From Azolla caroliniana (lineage: Eukaryota; Plantae; Polypodiophyta), in NCBI GenBank assembly GCA_043228905.1, contig JBHGNT010000021.1:6758001-6822000 (forward strand): a stretch of 64,000 nt of DNA, written 5' to 3'. The translations under genes and the position numbers were made by a program. The notes under the pieces were generated by a model. That model did not search any database. It had not been told where the DNA came from and was given only the letters and a program-made list of their open reading frames with translations. This document shows, piece after piece, positions 10,868-22,570 of the stretch (the stretch's first letter is position 1; each line of letters begins with the position of its first letter).

Positions 10868-13537
10868 ATGGACCCACAAACGCTGTCGGAAGCGGCCAGG
10901 AAATGGCTCAGGCAACACGGACTGGATGGGTTCCTGACCATCATGGAGGCACCACCGCACAAAGAAGCCGACCGGGTCATCAAGGAGCTCGACACAGAAG
11001 TCATCACCGAGGAAGCGATCCGTGCGCTAACAGGCCTTCCGGAGGGAGGTATTTTTCAGATCGATAACCCAACCTCGGAGCAACTCATCCAATATTTCGG
11101 TGAGTACTCTCTAGCCGGCAAAGGCTATCGAACGCAGGGCGGCGAAGATCCGCTATTCAGGGAGATAGCTCGAGTGCTCCATGAGTACGGCCACGTGTAC
11201 CCCCGACCCCCTGTCATGCCAAAAAATCGGGTAGGGATGATCATAGCCACCTATGAAGGGATCAAGGTGGACTGGCCGGTGTTGATTGCAGACGGTTTGT
11301 GCGCGGCAATCGACATGGTACGAGGAAAGGACGGCAAGGAGGGCCGGAAGCTGTGGCATGCCGTAGCTCAGTGGATAACATTGCTCGAGCCGCCGGTCGA
11401 GACCGTTCAGCCAAAGAAGCGGCCAAGATTATCGGAAGGAAGCACCTCGAAGCCCGCGTCCAAACGACAGCAACTGCTGGCGTCGAAGGCGACGAAAGGG
11501 AAGAAACGGCTCCCAGAACCGGAGGAGGTGTCACCGGTCCTACCTGTTAAGATAACCATACGGGGATCGGGACAGAAGGAACCGGAACCCTTGACGGCAC
11601 AGATACATGCCGTTACCCAGGAAGAGGAAACGGAGGAGCCAGTAGAGCACCTCCAACGACGGTCAAGAAGTAGGACCGTCGGGACAGCGGGGGAGCGTTC
11701 GGACCCGCAAAAGGAAGAAACGCCCCCAACTCAACCTGAGCAAACCGCAAGGGAGGAACCGGAACCAGTGCGTATAGAACCAGCCTTGTCGACTTCTATA
11801 CAAGAAGTCATTCCAACGGCTCCGGAGACGGCGAGAACCGAAACTCAACAGCCGGCGAGCCCAGGCAGCGCACACAGCGGCCAAGGAGTAGAACCAGAAC
11901 GGCAGATACAGGCACTCAGGCCAGACAATTTCACAGTGAACGAGCCGACCCGACCAGTACAGCAGCAAGGCACCAGTAGCATGTGGCTACGGTGGGTAGG
12001 CGAGCAGATCGCCGGAGCGGTCGAGTACATAGAGGCGGAGGAGAGAGCGCACCACGAACGGTTGCTCGTCACAACCGTAGATCTAGAGACGGCCCGGTCC
12101 AGAATCCGGAGCCTTGAACAAGACTTGGACAGGGTCACAAGGGAAATGGCTCAATTGGCTTTGACAACACAAGTCCAAGCACCGGTGACTTCGGGCAATG
12201 TACAGAATAAAGCGTCAGATCAACCTGTACATAGCAATCAGACCCCGGCAACGGAAACCGTTCCGGAGAGAAATGCGGCACAAGCCCAAGAGCTTGCGGA
12301 CTTAAAGGATGAGCTAGCTGCCCAAGAAGCGCTGAGGAGCCGCGAAAGAGAGTTGAAGACGGTAGCGGAGGCAGAACTTAAAAAGACTGCTGAGAATCTA
12401 CGTCGGGCCGAGGAGAGCTTACGAAAAGGCCACCAAGCGTACGACCGGCTCAAGGAGGAGAGGGAGAAAATGCTGCAAGAGAAGGACAGGTTCCGGAGAA
12501 ACGCCGAAACAGAAGTAGAGCGCCTGAAAGAGGAACTTCGGCAGCTAAAGGACCGGGAGGACCGGAACCATCGCCAGATCAACGGCAAGCTCAAACAAAA
12601 AACGGAGGAATTTGAGCACTTGCACCAGGAGTATAAACGGTTGCAAACGGAGCACAAGGAACGGACGGATGAGCTCCGGCAAGCAGTTGATCGGACCGCA
12701 ACGGCATACGCTAATGAACAAGCGGAAACCAGAAGACGGTTGGAAGAGGCGGAGAAGGTTCGGACAGAGCTCCTCAGGCAACAGCAGGCGGAAAAAGAAA
12801 GAGCGGCGGAGGTACTGTAGAGGTTGCAAACAACATATCAAGGGCAGCTGACGCGCTACAGAGAGCAGGCGGAGGATACGGCTAATCTCATCAAGCAGTT
12901 GAAGGAGGAACGACAAGTTGTGGAAAGTAGAGCGCAAATGGGAGCAAGTCGCATCCAGGATATCATGCGGGCCTGGTTGAACCAGACCAAGAGCTTGATT
13001 GACAACGGTTCCGTCAAATGGTGGACCAAGTGGGCCACGAACGCGGCGGAACTCCAATTGCTCCGGGCCGACGTAGAGAACCGGCGGAAGGAGGGAGATG
13101 ATTGCTATATGCTGACTTCCGAAGACTTCACCGGCATAAGAGATGAGCTGGCCGAAGACTTTCAAGCCTTGGCAGAGGACCAACTAGGGCAAGTCCGGCA
13201 ACTTGTAGCTCAGCTGGACGACGACAGGCTGGAGGCGCAGATCCAGTTTGAAAGCTATGAGAGGTCCCGGATCCGGGAAGAGAAAGAACGAGAACCGGTT
13301 ACGGTCAACCTCAGTGATGAGGAACCGTTACTGGAAGGAGACCGGACCGGAAGCAGTCAAACGGGGATGCCGGAGTCAGAGAAACAAACGGAGCAGCCGC
13401 CTATAGAGCAGCCGGAGTAGTCTCAGTCCCAACCGCAACCACAGTAGCAGCAGCAAGCACAGCCGCAACAACCACAACCGGAAGAACAATTGGAAACTCT
13501 GGAACAAAGTATTTTGGACAATTTGGGTGAACAATGA
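10868..13537 (+). pseudogene. ORF2 (about 889 codons; N-terminal globular domain, NLS-like KKRPR, long coiled coil) with three CAG>TAG stops
   Basis: Frame runs from ATG 10868 to TGA 13535-13537, with TAGs at 12818, 13418 and 13445. The sister copy at 29796-32169 has Gln at the equivalent sites (VLQKLQST; poly-Q). Confidence 0.85.
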
Positions 13538-13547
13538 AGGGGCCGAG

Positions 13548-13587
13548 AAGGGTTCGACGTACAAGGTACTGTCCCACGGGCGTGCCA
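13548..13587 (+). other. tRNA-Arg 3'-end mimic (reverse-orientation PBS) occupying the PPT position
   Basis: GGGTTCGAC-GTACAAGGTAC-TGTCCCACGGGCGTGCCA-TG|LTR, with no purine tract next to the LTR. The same motif occurs at 29744-29785 and 28976-29020 on the minus strand. Confidence 0.8.
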
Positions 13588-13589
13588 TG

Positions 13590-14008
13590 TGTTACCGACC
13601 GGCAAGGAGTCCAAAATACGGAGTGAAGGAATTAATTAAGTATGGTTGTAAATAAGCATAGTGTGGACGGACGGACTGGAAACGGTATGCCGTTCCAGAT
13701 CTGGACGGATCCCGAATAGGTGCGATAGGCACCGTTTTGTACTACGGGCCGGAAACCTATTTAAAGGCCCGGACCCCATTGTAATCGCAGCGGATAATTA
13801 ATAGAGCGTATGGTGTTTATACTTCTGTGTTGATTTCCGTTCTGTAATTACTGTTATATCTTACGCGTGTAATTAACAAAAGCGCTCTAATCGTGTAACC
13901 TACTTAAGTCGGTGTAATCGTTGAGTCATAATCCTATGCCGTAATCACCCTTTGGTGAAGTGTCTCCGTGACACCTTGTGTTAGGCCTTGTCCGGTCAGA
14001 GAACAACA
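13590..14008 (+). repeat. 3' LTR
   Basis: Direct repeat of 4163-4581, followed by TSD AATTA. Confidence 0.97.
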
Positions 14009-17000
14009 AATTAAAGTAAGAATTACACAAAATCCATAAGTATTACTAACTCCCAAAATTGCGGTCTGCCCCTCTAGGAAAATAGGCTTCTATTAATAGG
14101 AATCATTGGAATGTCAAACGTTCACTAATTGAATCGTTTGCACTTCCAAGGTTCTTTATTTATAACAGTTTCTATATTTTAGGTATACCTAACGGATGTT
14201 ACACTATATGCATACAAATACAAATATATTTTTTATATAATACATATTTTGGGATATAAACAATAATATTGTATAAATTAAATTTTTCATGTATATGATA
14301 ATTACTAGTGTGTGATATATCAATATAATGTATATAATATTAATATATATTTTTATTGTACATTAGATTGAGGGAGCTTATGTATATAGTGGCATTTATC
14401 ATTTGTTTCAAGCTCTTATATTAGCCAAAGCACATGATTTAGAGACCTTTGTTTGGATCTTAAGTCAAGAGTGAAAACGCATCGTTTTCGGTTGAAGAGT
14501 ATTGTTTGTCGACAGAATCATCATTTTTTGTCGAAGAATATTGTGTGAGCTCATCTTCTCCTATACCTCCTGTGAATAACGACTCATGTGAAGAGTTCTT
14601 GGTTGATATATGACTACAATAAAGATACAAATGATGAAGGTAATGCCAATGAAACATCGGAGATCATGAGGGGTCAAGCTAACAACAACATAATTGTCTC
14701 TAATGTGGTTACACCTAATTCTAGTCAAGAAACGCAATCGGCAAACCCTATGCAAATAAGGAGAATCTCAAGTAGAATACGTTGGGCAAAATTTAACTTG
14801 GTGACATAAGATAAGCAACTTGATTTTGATGTCAACAAAACATGTTGTGCCCGTGGATGTATGTCTATGATTGGAAAGGAAAAGTTGCGTGAATTAAGGC
14901 ATTACTATTTTTCGATGATTAGTGATGAGCAGGACACTTACCTCGGCTCACATATGCAATTGGTGTCTGAAAAATCTTTGGTAATCAAAGTATCATTCGA
15001 GTATTATATCTTTTATGCGCAACAATTATGTAGAGTGGCATTCAAAATTGCGTTATGTGTTAGTAACATGCGGCCACATAGAGTACAACAACGTCTTCTT
15101 GGTGGGGATCTCATTGTCAATTGTAAAGATGTTCCGAGTATGAAAGGTGCAATTGAAAGACATGCTATTGGTTGGATGAAAATTTACTTCAAGCTAAATT
15201 GTGAAGTAATGCCTACTACATGTAGGATCCACCTCTCTGATAATTACACACGTTAGGAAGTTTATGATGTCTATCGATCAGAAATGCTATTATCAAGTGA
15301 TAAATACATCACATACAACCAGTTCACAAGATTGTGGAGAACATGGTTTACAAATGTTATTATTCCGCGAAAAGTACGCATGGGGTATTGTTCGATTTGT
15401 GCAAACCTTAAAAGTATAGCTAAAGCTGTGAAGACAACAATGGAAAAGGACATGAGTAAGAAGTTACTACAGGATCATCGTGAAGCACAATCGTTAGAAC
15501 AAAAGAAGGTCATGTGTCATAGAGAGAAGTGTTTGAGTGCCGAACAATACATGTGCTTAATGATCGATGGCATGGACCAAAAGAAGACGTGTGTACCTCA
15601 TATCCGGAGGTTTCCCAAAGACATCAATGATGAGTGCCTTGTTCAAATGCGCTTGGTGGGATGCTTGGCTTATAATAGGTCTATTAGACCTCATGTCTTC
15701 ATTACATACCCCAATGTTCACAATGACCCTAACCTAACAGTTACAGTGATTTGTCGGGTTTTGATGTCTTAGGGCCAGCCGTTCCCCCTGCTCAACATTA
15801 AATTGGACAATACTGCTAGAGAGAAGAAAAATGTAACTATCTTCAGATATTAAGTATGTTGGCCAACCAAGGATTGTTTAGAAAAGTGAAAGTCAATTTT
15901 CTTTTGATTGGCCACACACATGATCATATAGATCATATGTTTAGCACATTCTCTAGACAGTTGTCTCGGCATAATGTTTTCACATTACCGAAACTATTTG
16001 ATGTCATTTGTGATGCATACACACCACGACCAAAACTATTACACTTGAAGGAGATATATGACATCAAGAGATATATATCATATGGGGGGCATGGGAATGA
16101 TCAAGTGCTTGCCCAGTTAAACAATATATGCTTCAATCTTCTTCTTTTTTTATATAAAGAAAAATGATACAAGTGGTTCTACGCTTTTGAATGCCATGCA
16201 GTATTCATCTTCGACAAAATGGGAACCTGAAGGTGGTTGCCAGTTCTTACTTTGTATGCCGAGTACAATAGTCTATGGAACTAAACAAATGCCAATTGAG
16301 ACGAAAGGACAGTTGCATAGTGAGTTGTTAGAAGAACAAAAACACTTATGGCTCCAACCCATAATAGAAAAAAGGAAGCATATTGAAGCCGCAAAGAAAT
16401 ATGCTGCACAACAAGACACGTCATGGTGGGATGTGTTTTTTAGTGATCAGAAAGGAATTATTGACAATTGTGTATATGATGATAATTGAACTTTGGAAAT
16501 GTCATTCACATGGTCGCTACAACATGATCGTGTAAATAAATCTCTGGAGCAAGCAACTAATGCGATTAATGATAGTTTGGTCCATCTACAACAAAGACAC
16601 ATCTATGTGGGACCATGGATGACCAAAGCAGCTGAAGCTAGATGGCAAGGCAATTTGCAAGAGCTTGCGGTGGGGATGTTGCAAGAGCTCGCAGTGGGGA
16701 TGTTGATTGCAACACCTGTTGATGACAATGAAGAAGGCCACCAATTTTGGATCGGTAAAATTCTAGAGGTGTTGATGCATGAAATAGAAAACACGATCAA
16801 GTCTATAAAAATGCATTGGTACAACACTAGAAGCCAAAATGCTTTTATGGATAAGTATACATTGGAGATGATGGAATGCCTGACGACAAGGGGAAGTAGG
16901 AAGAGGAAGCGAAACATTCATAACTGTTGAGCGGCAAGCTCAACCGGACCCGGATCGGCTGAATAAGCCGGAGCCGGTAAGCGAGACGGATCGGGCGAAA

Positions 17001-17415
17001 CGGATCGGTATTACGGTGAGCAACCGAACCGACAAGCAGTGGAGGCCGGGTGCAATCCGTAACCGGAAGTCCAATCGGAAGCCTAGTATAGGATAGACTA
17101 CTAGGTAGCTATAGTCTCATAGTAAGTGTCAGATGCTCGTGTGAGCATTGAAGTACATGGTACTTCTGTCAGTCCCAAGAGGACTTGTATAAATAGTGCT
17201 ACTTAGCACAGTGTGTGTACAGAGTTTTGATATAATTTTGAAATTGTGTTCTGCTCTCTCTCTCTCTCTCTCTCTCTGTGTTGTTCTCTGTTTTACGCTT
17301 CCGCAAACACTTACGTTCACATGGTATCAGAGCGCGAGGGTTGAGAACCTCTGCTGCAAACATTTACTCTTGAGAAGAAAACCCTAACAGGTCGAAAACA
17401 GACACAGTAGAAGAC

Positions 17416-20400
17416 ATGGATAGAGGCATGGCTACGTCGCTCCCGGTGGAGAAGCTCGACAGGAGCAACTACGCATCCTGGTCTTACAAGATGCACCAAT
17501 ACCTGCTTGGACACGGGTACTGGAGTTATGTCGAAGGAGCGAATGATGCGGCGCCCGACTCGGCACACAAGGACTTCCCGGTATGGGAACAGGCGGCAAG
17601 CAGGGTGATGTACTGCTTCGCGTCCAGTGTCGGCGATCAGCTGCTCAGCCACATCCGTGATGCCAAGACATCGAAGGATGCTTGGGGGAACCTGAAAAAG
17701 CTTTTCGCCGCAAGCACCACTGCCCGGAAGCTACAACTCAGACAGGAGTTGAGCAATGTTCGACAGAAGAACATGTCCGTGGCAGACTACACGGGCCGGA
17801 TAAAGGAAATCTGCGACTCGCTCGCCTCTATCAATGTTACCGTAGAGGAAGACGAGATGGTGCAAGTATGTCTCGGAGGCCTAGCATCCAAGTTCGGAGC
17901 GTTCCGGACTGCGGTGTGTACAAGGGAGAATACCCCCTCATTCTTCGACTTACAGTCGATGCTCCTTGTAGAGGAGAACCACGCCGGTGCATCTACCAGT
18001 GCATCCCCGGACAACCAAATGTTGTACATGGGAACGGATCGGCTCCGTGGGCATGGTGGAAGAGGTGGGTCGACAGGCAATGGAGGTGGCCGGCAAGAGC
18101 AGGAACGGAGGCACTATGAGTGTGCCGACAACAATTCCGGGACTTCCACAAGCAGGGGGAGTCAAGGCGGTGCCGGAGGCCGGCAAGACAAATCCGCTAT
18201 GGAATGCTGGTACTGTGGCAAAAAAGGCCACAGGGAAAGCGAGTGCTGGAGAAAGCGTGCCAATTCGGACAAATCCGGATCCGGCAAGACCGGTAAGGGT
18301 GGCCGGCAAAACTCGCACTATGCAAACGGATCAGGAGGATCCGGAACCGGAAAGGCCGGTAAGGGGCCAGCCTTGGTGATGAATCACAAGGCAAACTCAA
18401 TGAAGAAGACCACTTCCAAAACGGAGGAAGTGTGGTATGTTGATTCCGGCGCGTCGAACCACATGACGAGTCACAAAGAGTGGTTCTCGTTTCTGGAGAA
18501 ACCGGATCAACCAGGAGTAGTCGAAACCGGAGACGACACTCCTCACCCAATCGTGCACGTCGGAGAAGTCCCTCTGAGCCACGTCGGACAGAAAGGGAAG
18601 CTGATGAACGTATTACACGTTCCGACAATCACGAAGAACCCGGTGTCTGTCGGTCATATTGTCGACCAAGGGATGCAGGTGCGGTTTACGCACCTCGGGT
18701 GCTTCATTGAGGACGAGGGCGAAGTCATTGTGCAAGGGCGGAGAGACTGGAGGATGTTTATCCTCAACACCAATGACTTTGGCACCGCTATGTTCGCGAA
18801 TCGACAGAAGGTCGAGTCGGACATCGACCTGTGGCACAAGCGGATAGGCCACGTCAACTACCGGAGGCTTCAAGACCTGCAAACGAAACAAGTCGTTGTC
18901 GGTTTGCCGAAGTTCAGCGGCCGGAGAGCCGAAATTTGTGAAGCCTGCCAACTTGGGAAGCAACACCGGCTTCCATTCCCCACCGAATGGAACCGGAGCC
19001 GTAACAAGCTCGATCTCATCCATTCGGATGTGTGGGGACCGGCACAAAGTGTAAGCCTTGGCGGGAGCCGGTACTTCGTCTCCTTCATCGACGACTATAC
19101 TCGACATACTTGGATCTACCTCATTGAGCGGAAGAGCGAAGTCTTCGACTGTTTCCGGAGCCTCTAGAAGATGGTGGAACGGGAATCGGAGAGGAAGATC
19201 AAATGCCTTCGGTCGGATGGCGGAAAGGAATATTTTTCTGGCCAATTCACTAGTTATCTGCAGCAGAAGGGCATTCGGCGAGAGTTCAGCTCCAGATACA
19301 CACCGGAGCAAAACGGTGTGGCCGAAAGGATGAACAGGACACTCGTAGAAGCGGCAAGGGCAATGCTGGAGGAGAAGAGCATGCCTCGGTTCTACTGGGC
19401 GGAGGCGGTCCGGACGGCCGTCTACACACAAAACCGCATTGGTGACAAGGTGTCAGCTCATGAGCTGTATTTCGGACGCAAGCCGAACTTAGGACACCTT
19501 CGGATATTCGGCAGCATAGCGTATGTGCATGTGTCGGATCAGAAGCGGAGAAAGCTGGATGCAAAATCGGAAAAATGCATCCTAGTCGGCTATGCTCAAG
19601 AGCAAAAGGGGTATAAGTGCTATAACCCCCAGACGAAGGAAGTCCGAGTTAGCCGGGATGTCGAGTTCGATGAATCGGCATCCTGGTACTCCGTACCGAC
19701 TCCAACTTCCGATCGCGACCCAATGTCGGAAGATCAGGCCAGTGAGCCTGAATCAGCCCTGGCAGAGGATGATGAAGCCGGGACTCAAGATGAGAGTCCG
19801 GAATCATTACGGTTGAGTGGACCGAACGAGCGACTGAGTCAGTTGGACCAGTCGGATGAAGAGACGGCAAGTGGTGGAGACTCTTCCGTGCTCTCCCCGC
19901 GCAAGGAACCGAGGAAACGGTTCACGCGCAAAGAGAAGGGGAAGAGGAAGATGCCGGAATTCGAAACCGGCAACGATGAGTAGGATCGGTGCGTATCCGA
20001 CTCCGGACAAGAGAAAGGCGGATCTTCGACAACGAAGACCGAACTGGCCAAGAAGGGCCTCAAATCAGGTGACGGTGCGTTGCGCCGATCAACCCGTCAG
20101 AAGGATCCCGTCATGCGGTACGGGTACAATGAATACATGGCGCATCATTATGCGTACATGACTAAGGTAACAGAAGTGCGTGAGCCGGAGAGCTACGCAG
20201 AAGCGGCAAAGGACGCAAATTGGCGTGCCGCTATGGACGAAGAAATGTGGGCACTCGATGCCAACGAAACTTGGGACCTAGTTGATCCTCCCCGTCACTG
20301 TAAACCGATCGGATGCAAGTGGGTGTACAAGGTCAAGTACAACGCCGACGGTTCTATTAACCGGTACAAATCCCGGTTAGTGGCGAAGGGATACGCGCAG

Positions 20401-21959
20401 ACCCACGGAATCGACTACGACGAGACCTTCGCTCCTGTGGCGAAGAGGGCGACGGTTCGTGTGGTACTGGCGGTTGCTGCGGCAAGGGGGTGGCATCTTC
20501 ACCAGATGGATGTGAAGAACGCCTTCCTTCAAGGTGAGCTTGAAGAAGAAGTCTTTATGACTCAGCCCCCCGGATTTCCATCAGAGATGAACAAGTCGGC
20601 GGTATGCCGACTGAAGAAGTCGCTTTACGGCTTGAAGCAAGCCCCCCGAGCTTGGAACGCAAAGATCACGCACCGGTTGCGTAAGCTGGGGTTTGCTGTC
20701 TCTAAGTCTGACTCTTCGTTGTTCATCCGGCAAGGCTCTGACGGTCCGCTATGTATACTCTTGTATGTGGATGATTTAGTCATCACCGGACCGGATCTTC
20801 TCGAAATTAACCGCGTCAAGTCCCAGTTGTCGGACGCATTCAAAATGAAGGACCTGGGGGACCTTCATTATTTTCTTGGGATCGAAGTGATCCGGACCTC
20901 CGACGGCATATTGCTCTCACAATGACATTACGTGTTGAATATGCTGTATAAGTTCGGCATGACGGATTGCCGACTTGTCTCCACACCCCTAGACCGGAAC
21001 CAGAAGCTCTGTCCCACCATACTGGCGAGGTATACCCGAAGAGCTTGTCGGTTACACACTGGGCCGGCGATGCGTCTGATCGCCGCTCCACTTCCGGATA
21101 CATGTTCTCCATAGGTAGCGCGGCCGTTGCGTGGAGCAGCAAGAAGCAGCCCACAGTGGCTTTGTCAAGCACTGAGGCTGAGTACCGGGCCGCTACCGTT
21201 GCCACTTGTGAAGCCATCTGGCTTCGGCGACTGCTGCGAGACTTGTGGATCGAGGTACCGACCCCGATCCCGATTTACTGCGATAACATGAGCAGCCTGC
21301 AGCTCGCTAGGAACCCTGTGTTCCATGCTCGCACAAAGCACATCGAGGTGCACTATCACTTCGTGCATGAGCGGGTCCTGAGCGGTGAAGTTGACCTACG
21401 GTATGTTCATACGGATCGGCAAGTTGCCGACATCTTCACCAAGCCGCTCGAATCAGACAAGTTGCAGCACTTTACCAACATGCTTGGTATTCAGCATCTC
21501 GACGTGCCGCACTTGAGGGGGAGAAGCAAGGGCAAAGTCTCTACCGAAAAGGGCAAAGGCCAAAAAATTGTTGAACCCATCGGTAAGAGGAGAGCCGGAA
21601 GAAGAGGAGACAAGAAGATGAAGGAAGCCGAGTCGACGAAGGAAGTCGACACATCCGAACAGGTCGGAGCAAGCGGCTGTGAAGAAGAGCTGTGCACTCA
21701 GGAAGAGAAGTGCATGTTGTGCGGAGGTCATCACGACGGTACTGACCATGATGCAGAGTCGAATGAAGAATTCGATTTCGGTTCACCGGCTGAAGAAGCT
21801 GAGGGAAGCATGGAGAAGGCCAAGACTCGGAAGTGGTCCGATGTGGTGAGAGGCCTGATGCCGGAAGTCGAATCGGAGTGTACCGATTCGGACAAGAGCT
21901 GGAACGAGTCGGAGACAGCTGACTCGGATCAACAGATGGATCTGGATGAGTCGGATTGA
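17416..21959 (+). pseudogene. copia gag-PR-INT-RT-RH polyprotein, disabled
   Basis: Motifs CWYCGKKGH, WYVDSGASNHM, LWHKRIGH..CEAC, HSDVWGP, LRSDGGKEY, YVDDL, RTKHIEV. Stops at 19165, 19981 and 20923. Deletions near 21010 and 21058 remove the end of RT and part of the RNase H DADW motif. Confidence 0.92.
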
Positions 21960-22570
21960 CTGAAGGCCAAGGGGACACGGACACAGCGGAAGTCGATGCC
22001 ATCGTGGGAGAACCGACGGATTGGCAAGCACCGGAGTCACAACAACGTGAGTGCTGAGATGGGCCTATTGAGCAGACATGTCGACCGAGAGGGTCGAGGC
22101 GCGCAGAACCAAAGGGGTCGCGACAAACGGGAGGGGACCGGACGAGGAGCGCGAGCAAGGCGGAGTGACGCCAGGAGAAGTCGGTTGGAAGAACCGACTG
22201 CCACAGAGGTCGACACTACGACCCCACCTCAGGTTGAGCTTGAGGGGGAGTGTTGAGCGGCAAGCTCAACCGGAGCCGGATCGGCTGAATAAGCCGGAGC
22301 CGGTAAGCGAGACGGATCGGGCGAAACGGATCGGTATTACGGTGTGCAACCGAACCGGCAAGCAGTGGAGGCCGGGTGCAATCCATAACCGGAAGTCCAA
22401 TCGGAAGCCTAGTATAGGATAGACTACTAGGTAGCTATAGTCTCGTAGTAAGTGTCAGATGCTCGTGTGAGCATTGAAGTACATGGTACTTCTGTCAGTC
22501 CCAAGAGGACTTGTATAAATAGTGCTACTTAGCACAGTGTGTGTACAGAGTTTTGATATAATTTTGAAAT

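Larger units (their letters stand above)
4163..14008 (+). mobile_element. Full-length young Athila-like (non-chromovirus) Ty3/gypsy LTR retrotransposon with ORF2
   Basis: Two 419-bp LTRs (4163-4581, 13590-14008) with about 4 differences seen. TSD AATTA (4158-4162, 14009-14013). PBS present and gag-pol intact. Confidence 0.97.
984..14167 (-). mobile_element. Degenerate chromovirus-type (Galadriel-like) Ty3/gypsy element; 5' LTR 4116-4162 + 14014-14167, split by a nested insertion
   Basis: tRNA-iMet-type PBS (TGGTATCAAAG on minus, 4103-4113) next to TGTTA at 4116. The likely other LTR end is TAACA at 14167. gag-pol fragments lie at 984-3987. Confidence 0.75.

Noticed and set aside
10568-13537. 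ORF2 as retroviral Env; GTG start at 10568
   Set aside because: No signal peptide or transmembrane segment. The first 100 codons cross a (CT)-rich leader, so ATG 10868 is preferred.
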